The notes under the pieces are model-generated. The model had not been told where the DNA came from and searched no databases. It was given only the letters and a program-made list of their open reading frames with translations. A DNA stretch of 46,594 bases. Origin: Gonapodya sp. JEL0774. Taxonomy: Eukaryota. Of this stretch, positions 22,222-34,800 are shown piece after piece. The stretch's first letter is position 1. Each line of letters begins with the position of its first letter. The translations under genes and the position numbers were made by a program. The stretch is taken from assembly GCA_027604505.1 (NCBI GenBank), contig JADIIX010000156.1, positions 1 through 46,594 of the forward strand. The letters run 5' to 3'.

Positions 22222-25022
22222 TCACCACATGCCAGAAACTGATTCTCCGTGGGGGTACTGCACGGAATATATAAATTTGAGCAGCGTAGATTTGCCCGGA
22301 GCGATCTTCGCGACCCACTGTTCACACGGGCGGACAATGCACAGTGGGCAGACGACAGTTCAGTGTTCAACACCCTTTGAGCCTCCGGACTCACAACTCC
22401 ATGACTCACCTCCAAGCAATTTGTGTCAGTGTTGAGTCGTGTCTGCACCTCACCATCTCGCAGTTCGATCTCCTCGTCCCGGGTGACGACCACAGGCCCA
22501 TCTTTGCGAGTTACAACCCTGCGTTCCCCGGGCGTGTCGCCGGCAACGACTATGCTAGGCTGCGGTGGATCAACTTGAGAAGCGCATAGTCATGACAAGG
22601 TGTGAGCAGCGATGGGGGAGCATGGATACCAACGCGTCGGACATCTCACCGAGTGTCACCCGGAGTTTCTCATCCCCGCTCCACGGCACCTGATCCACCA
22701 CCACAATCTTCGCACTCGCCGTTTTGGTGTTCTTCACCTCGATAACCTGCGTGAATCGCAGCATCTCGCTTTTGCTGATCAAACCGGAAGTCTCCGTTGT
22801 CTTGATGGCCGCGCGTCTGGTGACGCGAATGGAGGGGTCCACGCCCAAGGAGCACTCAAATGTCTCTTGAGGGCTGACGTTGTTGAGGCTTGACTTGGCG
22901 ACAAAATTCTGCCGGACGCGTGATATGGTCACCGTCAATGAGCCCACAACGTCACGAAAAGCCCGGAGAGAAAACTCACGTTATCCAGAAACACACTCGC
23001 AGGTCCAGGAAGCAAGGAATATTCCGAATCGTTCTTCACTTTTGCTTTGAGGTATACGTAATCACCCGCCCGAGGATAAGCGAAGTGGAGGAACTTTGGC
23101 GACAACTCGATGATCGCCACCGTAACCTTATGGGCGATCTACACATCACAGGTTTTCGAGTAGAAATGTCACGCACGGCATGGTCAGCCCACTGATTAGC
23201 ATTCCGGGTGTCGAAGCCGTGGTCGCTCTCAGCTCACATTATCACTCGGCAACGTGCTTCTCGCCGCGACCTTGTACGTCGCGGTCGTAAGCCCCGATTC
23301 CACCGTCGCTGTCACCATGGCCATGGGCTCCGCAAGAGACGTCGAATACGCCGTGGGGATGTACCCTTGAGGTGCGGGGTTCACCATATCGCTGGCGGAG
23401 GCAGAGAGGGAGCTGCGGACCTCTTTGCGGAAGGGAGAGGCGCTTTTTGTTTTGGCGAACTCGGAAGAGCGGTAAACGTACTTGGGGGCGAGAGAGATGG
23501 TCCATCGTGTGGGTGTGGGGGAACTACGAAGGTGCGTGCGTGGTGTGAGGTGCCAAAAGGAGACTTTCTTCCTCCACTTACTCGCCACCCAACGCCGGTG
23601 TAGCCGTGCTCAGTGCAATACTGGCTGTTCGTGGAGAAACAAGCAATTAAGTGAGACCATACGATTTTATCGTACCACCTTGAATGCCCCGTCCACGTAC
23701 TGTCTTTCCAGTCCTCCCCTGTAGACTGCTTGATCTCCGCGCGGTAGTTGATGCTGAGCTTCTGGACGTCCGAGAGGACGCGGAGGTCGTAGAATGGTGA
23801 CCTATTTCAGGGAGCGGGCGATGGAGTGCTTGCGGAGGGATGGTCCGCGAGTTATTATGGAAACACGATGCTCACCAGCCTGGCAAACATGTTCAAGTGA
23901 GTTAATTCTCGTTGTCGCGCAGGGTCAAAAGAGCTATGATTATAATATGCCACTCACTTGCATTGTACACCACATAGGTTACCGACAACTGAGCCTCAAC
24001 GTCCGCGTGAGTCTCCACCAAGACAGTCACCGTCCGCACCGCGGTATCCTCGGATGCCGAAACACCAGCCACTTCGTCCAGGTTTTTCCTGACGACCTCC
24101 ATCTCGGCGTCAATGTCCTTGAGGGTTTTGGCGATGGTATGGAGCCGGGCGTCGAGTTCGGCGGAGCTCGTGCTGTGGAGGGACAGGAAGGCGGTGAGAC
24201 CAGTTAGGGACTCCGGGTGGAGGGGGCCCGGGGGGGAAGGGGAGCTGGTGGATACTGCAGCGGTTGTAACATTGGATCTGGGCTTGAGGTTTTCGCCGTA
24301 CGAATCTGAACCAGCAATCATCCATTGGTGAGCTGTGGGAAAAGGTAAATGTTATGGACTGAAGTCTGAGGACTGCTCACCCAGCAAAGCTTGCTGTTTG
24401 AGAATGCGGGCCTGTTCCTTATGCAGTACGGCCTTTTTATCCTCAAGCTCCTCGAGCTGTTTCTTCAGCTTTTCGATCTCCATGGTCTTCTTGGCTGTAC
24501 GACCAGCCTCGGCTTCGGCATCTTCGTCTTCGCTACTCCTTCCCGAGAATCTGGACTGATGAACGTATTTTACTGTGTACGTCACGTCGAGAATGGAGCA
24601 GCCTTTGCCACGGCCCTCGACGCTGATTCATAGGCACATGTGAACGAGATGTCAGTGCCGGAGGATGCAATCCCCTTGTCGCCGTCAAACCGTGGTTTTA
24701 ATCACCGAAGAGAATCTTGAACGAGATCGACGACTCCGATTATTGCTAGCAACCAGGGGTTGTGAAGTGTGAACAAACTATCGTTCATAAAGGGGCAGAA
24801 ATCGCGGGACCACGGTCTCACCAACTTCCGTCTGGCCTTCCTCAAGCTTGAGTCCTTGAAATAGCCGAGTTACTTCCGCACGATCCGTGTAGACTTACGA
24901 GGGGGAGAAGGCATAAGCAAATAGAGTTGTGCCATCTGGATAAGAGGATTAGCATCACCTGTCACGGTATCGACCACAGAGTCCTGTGTGGCGTTAAGCT
25001 CGACTTTGCGTGGTGTGGACAT
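22222..25022 (-). CDS. DUF4140/DUF4139 protein (MuiA / C. elegans F37C4.5-like), multi-exon
   Basis: VT/VYTDRAEVTR N-terminus, central coiled coil, LSVTYVVYNA, FYDLRV, EIKQSTGEDWKD, YLKAKVKNDSEYSLLPGPASVFLDN, SLGVDPSIRV, VVDQVPWSGDEKLRV. Ends ..ESVSGMW*. Confidence 0.92.
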
Positions 25023-25337
25023 CGAATTTCCAGAAACTTTTGGATAATGAATTATAATGTGGAAATTAACTGGAAGCGGGAACTGTAATAAAGTACATCG
25101 GCTAATCGGAATGGCTGTGGGCACTTGACGAGCTACACCCGTGCTTGGTTGAATTCTCAACCAAAATCACATGCCATTATACTTAGTGGGAATCTTATCC
25201 AGTTCGACTCCTTCAGCGTGTTTGTTTCCGAGTGTTACGATGCCACTTGAGCCTGATTATCCTCCTCCCTGATCGTGATCGAGCTTCGCTCTTCCCAACC
25301 ATTCCGCTTTCCGTCATTCTCACAAAGCACTCTCCAC

Positions 25338-27202
25338 ATGAGCGATGCAGTCGAGCACGGTAGCCCCGCTACTCACCAGGTGCCTCGCAATCGTTTTTGG
25401 AAGCAAGTTCGGCGGCGTCGCACACTGATTGCCTTGAGGTTCGTGGTGCACAGTGTTGTCATCCCAACCTCTCCCTCTCTGTCAAATTTTATATAAATCA
25501 ATGAATTTAAATGAAAAGCACAAAGGTAATCCTCATTCTGGGTTCCTCCATATACGCATGGACGGTCCTCTTGAATACCGGCGCTCTCTTGTCCCAAAAG
25601 GATGTATTGCAGAGTCTTACAACCGAATCGTGGCAGCTCAAAGCACACGATTGGGATCTCCGAAGACTCATAGTCGAAGATTACTTGTTTAAAATTGCAG
25701 GGACGCCGGATCCAATGATTCAAGTTTCGTACGAACGAACCAATTATTTGATGGAAGTATCCCTCCAGTACCTGGGACTCATTTTAGATAATGCCAAATT
25801 GCTTTATCGATCGGAAGTTTACGGTGGATTAGACAACCTGACTGAATGGTTTCATCAGGTGAGCGAAGGATTTCTTTGGTGGTGGCACTCCCAAAATACA
25901 TGCATCCCACGAGTGCACGCCCGCGGGTACACCACTCAGCGACGAGACTTGGACCGCCAGTTGCTCCGCACTCAAACCACCACAAACCAGTCTCATGCCC
26001 TTCTGGAACAAAGCTACGCTCTCTCGTCTAAAATCGCCCTTGCTGCTGAGGACGAAGCCATATACGCTACCAACCTGGTCGAGAGCAGCCTCGCCAACGC
26101 CCTCAGCCAAGCCGGCCATCTGCGCACGGTATCACTCATCACGATCGCGCTCTGTGCGGCGCTCGAGGTTCTCGGGATCGGTGCGCACGTACGGACATTG
26201 CGAAAGGCAAACGTGGGGTGGGTTGTGATCGTGGGAATACTGCTCCTCAGTGCCGGTGCAAGTGTGGAAGAATCCGTGAGCCGGATAAAAGTAAGCAAAG
26301 CTCTACTACAGTGGAACTGAGACGTTTGGAACTCGTTTGATGGCTCACAAATACATGGACTTTATGGTACAGATCACCGACGAACTGCGAGACAAGCTCT
26401 CTTACATCCGGTACGACGCTCTTCCAGCAGTGATAGACATCCAAAAGTGGTTGTACTAGTGAGTCCCGGCTCTGGCAGGTTCATTGGTCTCGTTATCAAC
26501 CTAACGTCCTACCGCTACACTCCTTCAGCGACGCCATGAGCGGTGCCAGCGTCCACGGCTACGCTCTGGCCTACTACCTCGTGAGTTTGGAGGGCACATC
26601 CCAGGCGTACGCAACCTCTGTGGAGGCACTCCAAGACTGGGAGAACATGGTGGTGGATTTTGTCGGTCGCAAGTCGGTGGCCGAGGCGACCGAAATGTTG
26701 CAACTCTACGGGGTTACGATACACTCCTGGAGGGAGTACTCAAACAAAACGAATACTGCGATTTTGATGAATCCGCCGTCGATCATTTCGGCGCTGAGGA
26801 ACATGTGAGAGTCTCGGGTGGCACGGCCGCATCACAGCGAGAACAGTTTCATTGACACGGTTGGACGAACTACACAGAACTTATTTGTCAAATCTCGCAC
26901 AGTACGAAGCTGCCACCGAGGCCGTCACGGTGTACCTCCGGTCTAACCTGGCAGCGACGCTGGAAAGCACCCGTGATACGGCGTTTCAGCTGGTACACCT
27001 CTCGGTGGTGCTGACCGTGCTGGCCCTGGTCGTTTTGGTCGCGTTGGAAGAGATTGTGAAGGGACTCAAGCGGAACAGGAAGCTGGCGGTGGCGGCTTTG
27101 GGTACGAAGTCAAGGGAGTTAGAGGGAAAGGAAGGGGCAGGGTCGGACGGCGTGGCGGTCGAGCGGAGCGCGCGTGCTGAGATGACCAATGTTCCACGGT
27201 AG
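25338..27202 (+). CDS. Four-TM membrane protein with two extracytoplasmic helical domains (chemoreceptor 4HB-like)
   Basis: Phase-consistent splicing (e.g. intron 26447-26528 with a CTAAC branch site). Four hydrophobic segments flank two long amphipathic helical regions. Confidence 0.7.
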
Positions 27203-27586
27203 TATTTATCTATTCTGTCGAGGCAGCCTGCAACCCACTGTGGGACCCCACTGCCAGACCCCAATGTGTGCCTTGCCAGACGAGTGTTTACCAGCAATAT
27301 TGTAGTTTGTGTGACGATAATCTATGTATTTGATCGGATACGTATGAGCTATTTTTTCTCTTCGAGTTTCTTTCCCATGGGTTATGGGGGCCAGATCTCC
27401 CAGGTGAGAGCAACCACATACGCCTTCTGCAGCACTTAAGCCTCCACGGTCAGCTTCACCTCTCAATAGAACTTCCAGTGACTCCGCCTCAGATTCCTAT
27501 TACTGTCCACGTCCGGAACTCTCGCGGTTGAAATCATTGATTGAGGAAAGCTGTTAAATTGTGTGCAAGAGAGATATCGACAAGAC

Positions 27587-30500
27587 ATGACGGGGAATTC
27601 CACAGCAGGTGAGTAGAATATCGTTTAGAGCCATTGAAAATCGAGTCTTCTTTTGTAACTCAAGAGCTGGTCTCGACCTTGTCGAACGTGACGGTTCGGT
27701 TCGGTGTTACTCGATTTTCCTCTCAACCACAACCACAACCGGACTTGACGAAAACCAACGACACTGGTTCTGTTCAAAACTACGTACTCTGCCCAGACTA
27801 TAAGCTCTCGGCGTCGATTCTTGCCCATAAGGCCGACGTGAGTCCTACAGTATAACTCCACCACCACCATCAAATAACCCATTTTTGACGGCTTTCCTTG
27901 CCATTTGCCGGTGAATTAATTGCCTACTAACCGATGATGGCCGGGTGATCATGTACCTGCCTTCTTTGGGTCATTGCACCACTTGCTTCCGCGCTTGCGT
28001 CACGGGTTCCGCATCCCCAACTCACAATCCAGGTTCGGGCTGTCCTCCATCCCTCCGAGAATCTCATTTTTTCCGCATCCCGCGACAACACTGTCCGTGC
28101 ATGGAAGCGCACACTGGGTAAAGGATCGGCCTCGAACCCAGCGAACGGATGGGGCCTCCACCGAACGTATGCGGGCCACACACACTTCGTGAACGCCTTG
28201 GCATACCTGTCTCCTTCGCAAGAGTTCCCAAGAGGTTAGTCACTTTGGTTTATTGGAAAGTCATGCTAGACAACATGAGATACTTTCCAGAGTTCACTGT
28301 CGATTGACACGTGTTGACAGCGCAGTTCAACCGGTGGCGAACGGCCATGTCGCACATCAAAATCATTCATTTCTGATTTAACTGACATCACCGACACATT
28401 ACGCAGGTCTTCTGTTCTCGTCTGGTTCTGACAAACTCATCCATGCCTACGACCCTGACCCACCGAGTGCCCAGCGGGAAGCGCAATCGGAGACTCCGGG
28501 CGGTCCTGTGCCGGTGGTCCAACCCGAATATACCTTGGTTGGTCATGGAGACAATGTTTGCGCACTCGCCGTGTCTAAGGGGGCATGGGTGGCTTCCGGG
28601 TCATGGGATAAGTGAGTGGAGGCAAGGTAGGGACTTCCCAAGTAGCCAACATCTAAAATTGCTCTTCTGCCCGCTGTTATTGAGTTTAGAACAGCCAAGT
28701 TGTGGCATTCGTTTCAGCTGAAAACAACCCTGACGGGTCACACGCAAGCCGTCTGGTCAGTTCTCATACTACAAGCCAAAACCAGTCCCCAAGCTATTCC
28801 CCAACCGGCAGACCCCGCAAACCCCCAACTTGCCCAGTCCCCCCAAGTACTGACCGCATCTGCGGACAAAACTATCAAGAGGTGGAATGTCACAGGAAAG
28901 TGTTTGAACACATACGAGGGCCACACGGACGCTGTGAGGGCGCTGGCGGAGGTCCCTGGCGTCGGGTTTGCGAGCGCTGGTAATGACATGTGAGTAAAGC
29001 GCAACTGGTGAATGATTGGTATTGTTTCACGAACTTCGTGACAGGACTGTCCGCATTTGGACGTTGGACGGAGATTCTCTTCGGGTACTCGAGGGTCACT
29101 CATCGTTTGTCTACAGCCTGGTTGTGTCGTCGCACTCTGGTGAACTAGTGAGCAGCGGCGAAGACAGGGCGGTGAAAGTGTGGAAAGGTTCGTGGGTGGT
29201 CGCCTTTTTGTGAACAACACAGTGGGCTAGAGTTCTTGAATCTCAACCACAGATTCTTCTTCGCTTCAAACACTAACTCACTCGTGCACCTCGGTGTGGT
29301 CGGTGGCCTTGTCGCCTTCGGCTGACGTGGTTACTGGAGGCTCCGATGGGTTTGTGAGGGTGTTCACCCGGCAGATCGAACGAGTTGCTGCAGCAGATGT
29401 GCTTAAGTCGTGGTCGGAGGAGGTTGGTCTTGCACTTTTTCGCAATCGTAGGAGCCTGCCAGATCTTGTGTTTTGTCTTGACACGGAATTGTCCAACAGG
29501 TTGCAGCAACTACAATACCAACTTCCCAAGTTGGCAGTGTGGACGTTTCGAAATTGGATCCTGTAGAGTCACTTGACAAACGTAAGGGCAAGAAGGAGGG
29601 TGAAGTTGTAATGGTTCGGGGGAAGAACGGAACTCCCGAGGCTTACGAAGTATGTATCACATTTACAATTCAACGATCCACACGCGCTCATAAGTATCTC
29701 TACGGCAGTGGTCTGCTTCGTCAGGAGGGTGGTCCAAAATTGGGGATATTGTGGACGCCAAGGGGGAGACGAAGAAGGTCTACCAAGGTAAAGAGTATGA
29801 TTTCGTTTTTGACGTGGAACTGGGACCAGGTGTACCTCCCATGAAGCTGCCCTATAATCTCTCGGGTAAGTTCTTTTGTTTTGTGGCTGTGTGGAATTGG
29901 AACTACTGCTTGTTGATGTTGATGTCTGCGGCAAATCAGATAACCCCTGGAACGCCGCACAGGATTTTATTTGGAAGAACGACTTATCACAGGAATTCCT
30001 CGACCAGATTGCCAATTTTATCGTTCAGCAGACTGGAGGGCAAGCGGGCTCCGCTTTACCTGCGGGAGGTGGCGGGGTGGATCCGTTCACAGGTGGAGGA
30101 CGTTATGTTCCTGGCGGCCAAAGTGGAGTTGCTGGGACTATGGGCTCGGCTCCGCGGGTAGGAACGCTCTCCGACAATTCTGTGCTCTGCCTCCTAACCC
30201 CGCTGTATTCGGAAGCCGTCACCTGGTGCTGTGTCTGCTCCGCGGCAAAATGCTCCGTCGCCCTTCCTAACCGGCGCTTACATGTCGTCTGGGGGCGACA
30301 GCGCCAGAGCCACCGCATCGGCGACGGAACCGCTGATCCCTAAACAGGGGTATACCATGTTCAAATCCGCGAATGTAGGCGCAATTGTTGCTAAAATTGT
30401 CAAAGACAATTCCGACTTGCAGAAAGCGTTTGTGAGTTGATTCAATACTCTCTGTTGATTCTCCTATTGTCGAGACCCGACACTAACCACTGTACTTTTC

Positions 30501-31516
30501 CGTCAGGATACTACCACAGCCTCGTTGAGTGCCGGAGAAATATCGCGAGTGGAAGCTATTGGTCACCTTCTAGAGAAAGACCCCTCCCCAAAATCGTTCG
30601 GCCCTGCATTCACTGACACTGACCTAGGCATTATCAAGCGGATTGCAACTCAGTGGCCTATTGCGAAACGACTTCCGGGTGAGTCCAGTAATTATTGAAC
30701 TGCAATGAACACTGAAGATTCCTACAACAATTAAAATAGGGTTGGATCTTCTCCGGCTTGTCGTGCTTTATTCTCCGGTACCTCTTCGAAATCCTGCGTC
30801 TTGTGGTATATTGGAGGAGCTATTGGTTGCTGCCGAGTTCCCTGAATCAAACAACGCGTCTTCGTCAACCAAGGAGGCGGAGAACAACCAGATGCTAGTT
30901 CTCCGATTCATTGGAAACGTTATGGGCGCAGGTGAAGGTCGAGAAGGTGTTTGGACAAGGCGGAGTAAGGTACAGTATTCTTCCCGTCGCAAATAATTAT
31001 TATTGCCGTTCACTAATTTTAGTTGTGCGACTCAGATTCTTGCCACCATCTCCCATTGCTTCCAGTATTCAATGAACAAGAATTTACGATTAGCGTTGGT
31101 GACCGTTGTCCTGAAGTAAGAAAGAGCCCATTGCCTGAATCGTTTCAATTTCTCATGAGTTTGTCGTAGCTTGTCCGTCCTCCTCACTATTAAGAGGGAC
31201 GAATCATTCGCTATGGATCTTCTTTCCTTATTGACAGACTTCTTGAAAGGCGAATCGGATCGGGACAACGAGTTCCGGGCGTACGTCGCAATAGGAACAC
31301 TCGTAAGTTGGATGTCAAGTCAGTCAAGTTGTTGTTCTAGAGCGAAACTAATTGAGATCCTTCGTTTTACTATCCTCACATCAGCTGCATAATTATCCTT
31401 CACTGAAAGATGCCTCCACAGTCGCCGAATTGAAGGGAATGTTGGGACGAAGTGTTGGGAAGGATGAAGTGCGATTGATTCAGGTGACCGAGGAATTGAA
31501 AAAGGTTATTGGTTGA
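27587..31516 (+). CDS. DOA1: Doa1/Ufd3/PLAA: WD40-PFU-PUL Cdc48/ubiquitin cofactor (multi-exon)
   Basis: DYKLSASILAHKAD N-terminus; WD repeats (GHTHFVNALAY, GHTQAVWSV, GHTDAVRAL, GHSSFVYSL); PFU (YQGKEYDFVFDVEL..KLPYN..NPWNAAQDFI..FLDQIANFI, DPFTGGGRYVP); PUL (QWP..KRLPGLDLLRL). Confidence 0.96.
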
Positions 31517-31826
31517 GTGTCTGAGGGCACAGCGGTAATGCTTTTTGTATCGTCAAATACAGAATCTACGTTACTGCAGTTGCACAGCGATAATTCAATG
31601 TGGGTGGAAAAGATACCATAGATATGGCACATTGTTTATTTGTGAATCTGTGCACGTTTATCAGTGTTGCCAAACAACATAAATTAATATCCCCTTCTCC
31701 TAACCGCTTTATAAATCAAAACGAATGTTCGACAAAATGTGTACATCTACGTTATCGCGTCACGCTCCCATAACCTACGAGCAGATCCCCCTCAAAATCT
31801 ACGTCCTCGCATTACCAACACCAACG

Positions 31827-34800
31827 TTATCGAGCACCATACTGTCCGGTAAGCCGAACGCTTCCTGTTGCAGATCGCAGATGAGCATCACCAGTTTCTT
31901 CACCAGATGGTAATCCTTCAAATCGTGCCAACCGGCTTGCCAGACTAAGGCTTCCAGTTTCCACTGGGGGCCTCACCGATGTGCTTAAGCCACTTATTGG
32001 TTGTCCTGAGACACTACGACCCGTTCGGTTCGCCATAAATCGTGGAATGCTTGCGGCGATTGATGTACGTATGGATCCAGTTTGGGGTTTCAATGAGGAT
32101 CCGCCATGAACAATTTCTGACTCTGCTGGTTGCATCGTCGATGTCTCCACGGATTGCGTTCGAGACCGAAGGGCAGATGAAACTGACCCAACGGTCAACG
32201 AGGAAACAGCGGGAGTTGACACACTTTGAGGAATAGACGGCATCATGGGCGGTGGAGCTGTCGGCGTCATATTCGCTGGATCTGATCTATTAGAGACGGT
32301 CGAATCGATATCATAACTTCCAGTGCTGCTCTTGGAAGTCCGATCGGGAGGGGGGGGAAGTGGATCGATCCTCTGACCCCGATACTCGGCAACAAGCTTT
32401 GCAACGGCGGCTAAAATCTCTCTCCGCAGTCGAAGGAAGTACCACACTTCCCCGTGTGATCTTCGAAACTCAACCCCATAAACACCTGGACCCATTTGAA
32501 GGACCTCTGCATCAAATCGAATCTCCTCTTTCTTTGGAGGTGCGACCCATCCTGGACCTGTGTGCTCCGGTTCTTCCTCAATAGGCGTCTCCCTTTCCGG
32601 TTCCGTGAAGGACATGAGTCGGCTTTTGAAACGAGTAAACGGATTCTTCGACGTTGCTGTTGCATTAAGCTTGCTTCCCATAGCCATCACGGACTTCGCT
32701 CCCGACAGATTGATGCCGAAAGTGGACTTAGAAGGAGTCATACCAAACTTCGCAGGTCCTCCCGAAGTTGGAGTTGGTGGTGCTGGGAGTTTCCCTTCTC
32801 TCACCCACACCACAACTCTCCACCCGGCGCCTTCTGACCGTAAAGATTTGATCTTCTGTGTTTCATACCACCCTTTCTGCGGCTGCTTGATGACTGATGC
32901 GATCCAATTGAGCAATTTCTCCGGATCCGTTCGAAAGATGGCGTCTGAGTCCGGTGACTTGTCCTGACGAGGGTTGAAAACTCGGAACTCAACTTTCGGA
33001 ACAGATAGGGTCGTGAAACTCCCAATGTTTTTGATGGCACCCATAATAGACATCCTCTTTGGGCGTGATGCAGAGAAAAGTGGACCGCTTTGCTTATCGC
33101 GAGGAAAGTCGTCACTCGCTCCTTCGTTCATGAGAACTTTTAATCTCTTGGGAGTGCCTTTCTGTTGTGACATTCCAGACAAAGCGCTGTCTGTGTCGTC
33201 TTCACCCGAAGGATCCCGGGATTCACGGCGGTTCAAAGCGGTAAGGTCAATGGATGAATTACTGGGTCGTCTGGCATCTAGATCGGATTGATTGAACAAT
33301 TGCAAAGAGCTGTTCGATGGAGCCGCTGCGTAATCGATTGCAGAGTCAATGGATGCAATGGCTGTGCGAAACTTTATCAACATAGGCTCCGGTTGTAAAT
33401 TCAAAAAAATATCAAGAGACTTACACTGATGACTCATATCCCTCACTTTCAAACCACCTTGCTTGAAAGGGGGTGGTTCAAGTGTATCCATGCCACTGAT
33501 TTCTGCTCCAGATGACCGCGACACCACCCCATGAATGCCCGGAAGCTCATGACGAGGAAGTGACGGCGCGCTGGGGGCGGAGACATTGGAGGTAGTCTGC
33601 TGCCCCTCCACAGAACTCCCTGATGGCCCATCCTGGATTCCGACCGTTGAACGGATTCGTCGGAGTGTGCCAGATGAGTCCACTGCCGCACCTCCAGGCA
33701 TCAAATTCGAGTGTGCACGCGGGAGGCTGTTCCCCGCTTCTGATTTCGGTAACTGTCCTTCTGGATGCGGTTTTTCCGATTGCAAATTGGTCGATTCCCG
33801 CCCTGTGCGCTGCCCTCCACTGGATTCCCTGGAGTGAGATTCAGCTCCACGACGAGCGGGAGGTTTCTGTGATATGTCCGTCTTGCTTTGATCCCCGTTC
33901 GTCGTGGTTGTAGTGCCATGGAGGAGAATGGGTCCAAGCTGAGGTGGATGAAGGGGAATGCTGATAGGCCGAGGCTTATCAGGCTTATCAGAGGAAACCT
34001 GTGTGATGATGACGCGAGTGAGAAGACAATTAATTGGTACATTTTGAGAAGGGGTTTCAAAGTGGGAAGAGAAATCACTCACTTCCAGCTTGTTAATCAT
34101 ACCCGCAACCAACCCTCCTCGTTCTGGGCCATCTGTCGCCGTGGAACCACCTATACGATCTCTCTTGGGCTTCTCCCCTCGAACCCACCAGTGCTGGGAA
34201 GCTTTGGCGACCGACCATCTATCCTCCGGTTCGGTGTCCAGCAATCCACGAATGACTTCTCGGGCACCCGCCGTAACATGGTCGGGGAATGTGATAGTAG
34301 TTGTCACAATGTGGCGGTATAACCGAGAAATGTCGAGTGATGAAGGTGATGTTGGATCATCTTGGGGATAGCACATTTCAATCACAATGTCCGACCAAAA
34401 GAGATAGCGGGTAGAACCTACCATCAAATGGCAAATAGCCACAACACATTGCGAACAGAATCACGCCACAACTCCAAGCATCGGCTTTTTCACCATCGTA
34501 ACCACCTTCACCCAGTACCAGTTCTGGCGCTGCGTAGCACGGGCTTCCACAGCTTGTATGTAGCAGTCTCCTTTCGTTAGACGGAGGGAGCTGGGTGGCG
34601 TCCTCCGCTGCGGCACGCCGGACTGTCGTTGCGAAGCCGAAATCGGTTATAAGAAGGTGGCGATCGTGGGTTAAGAGAAGGTTCTCCAGCTTGAGGTCTC
34701 TATGGACGATGCCTGTGTGTGGTTTGAAAATATCAGAGATGCATGCTGGCACAGGGAATCAGTAACGCGTACCATGCGCATGTAAATAGGTGACACCTGC

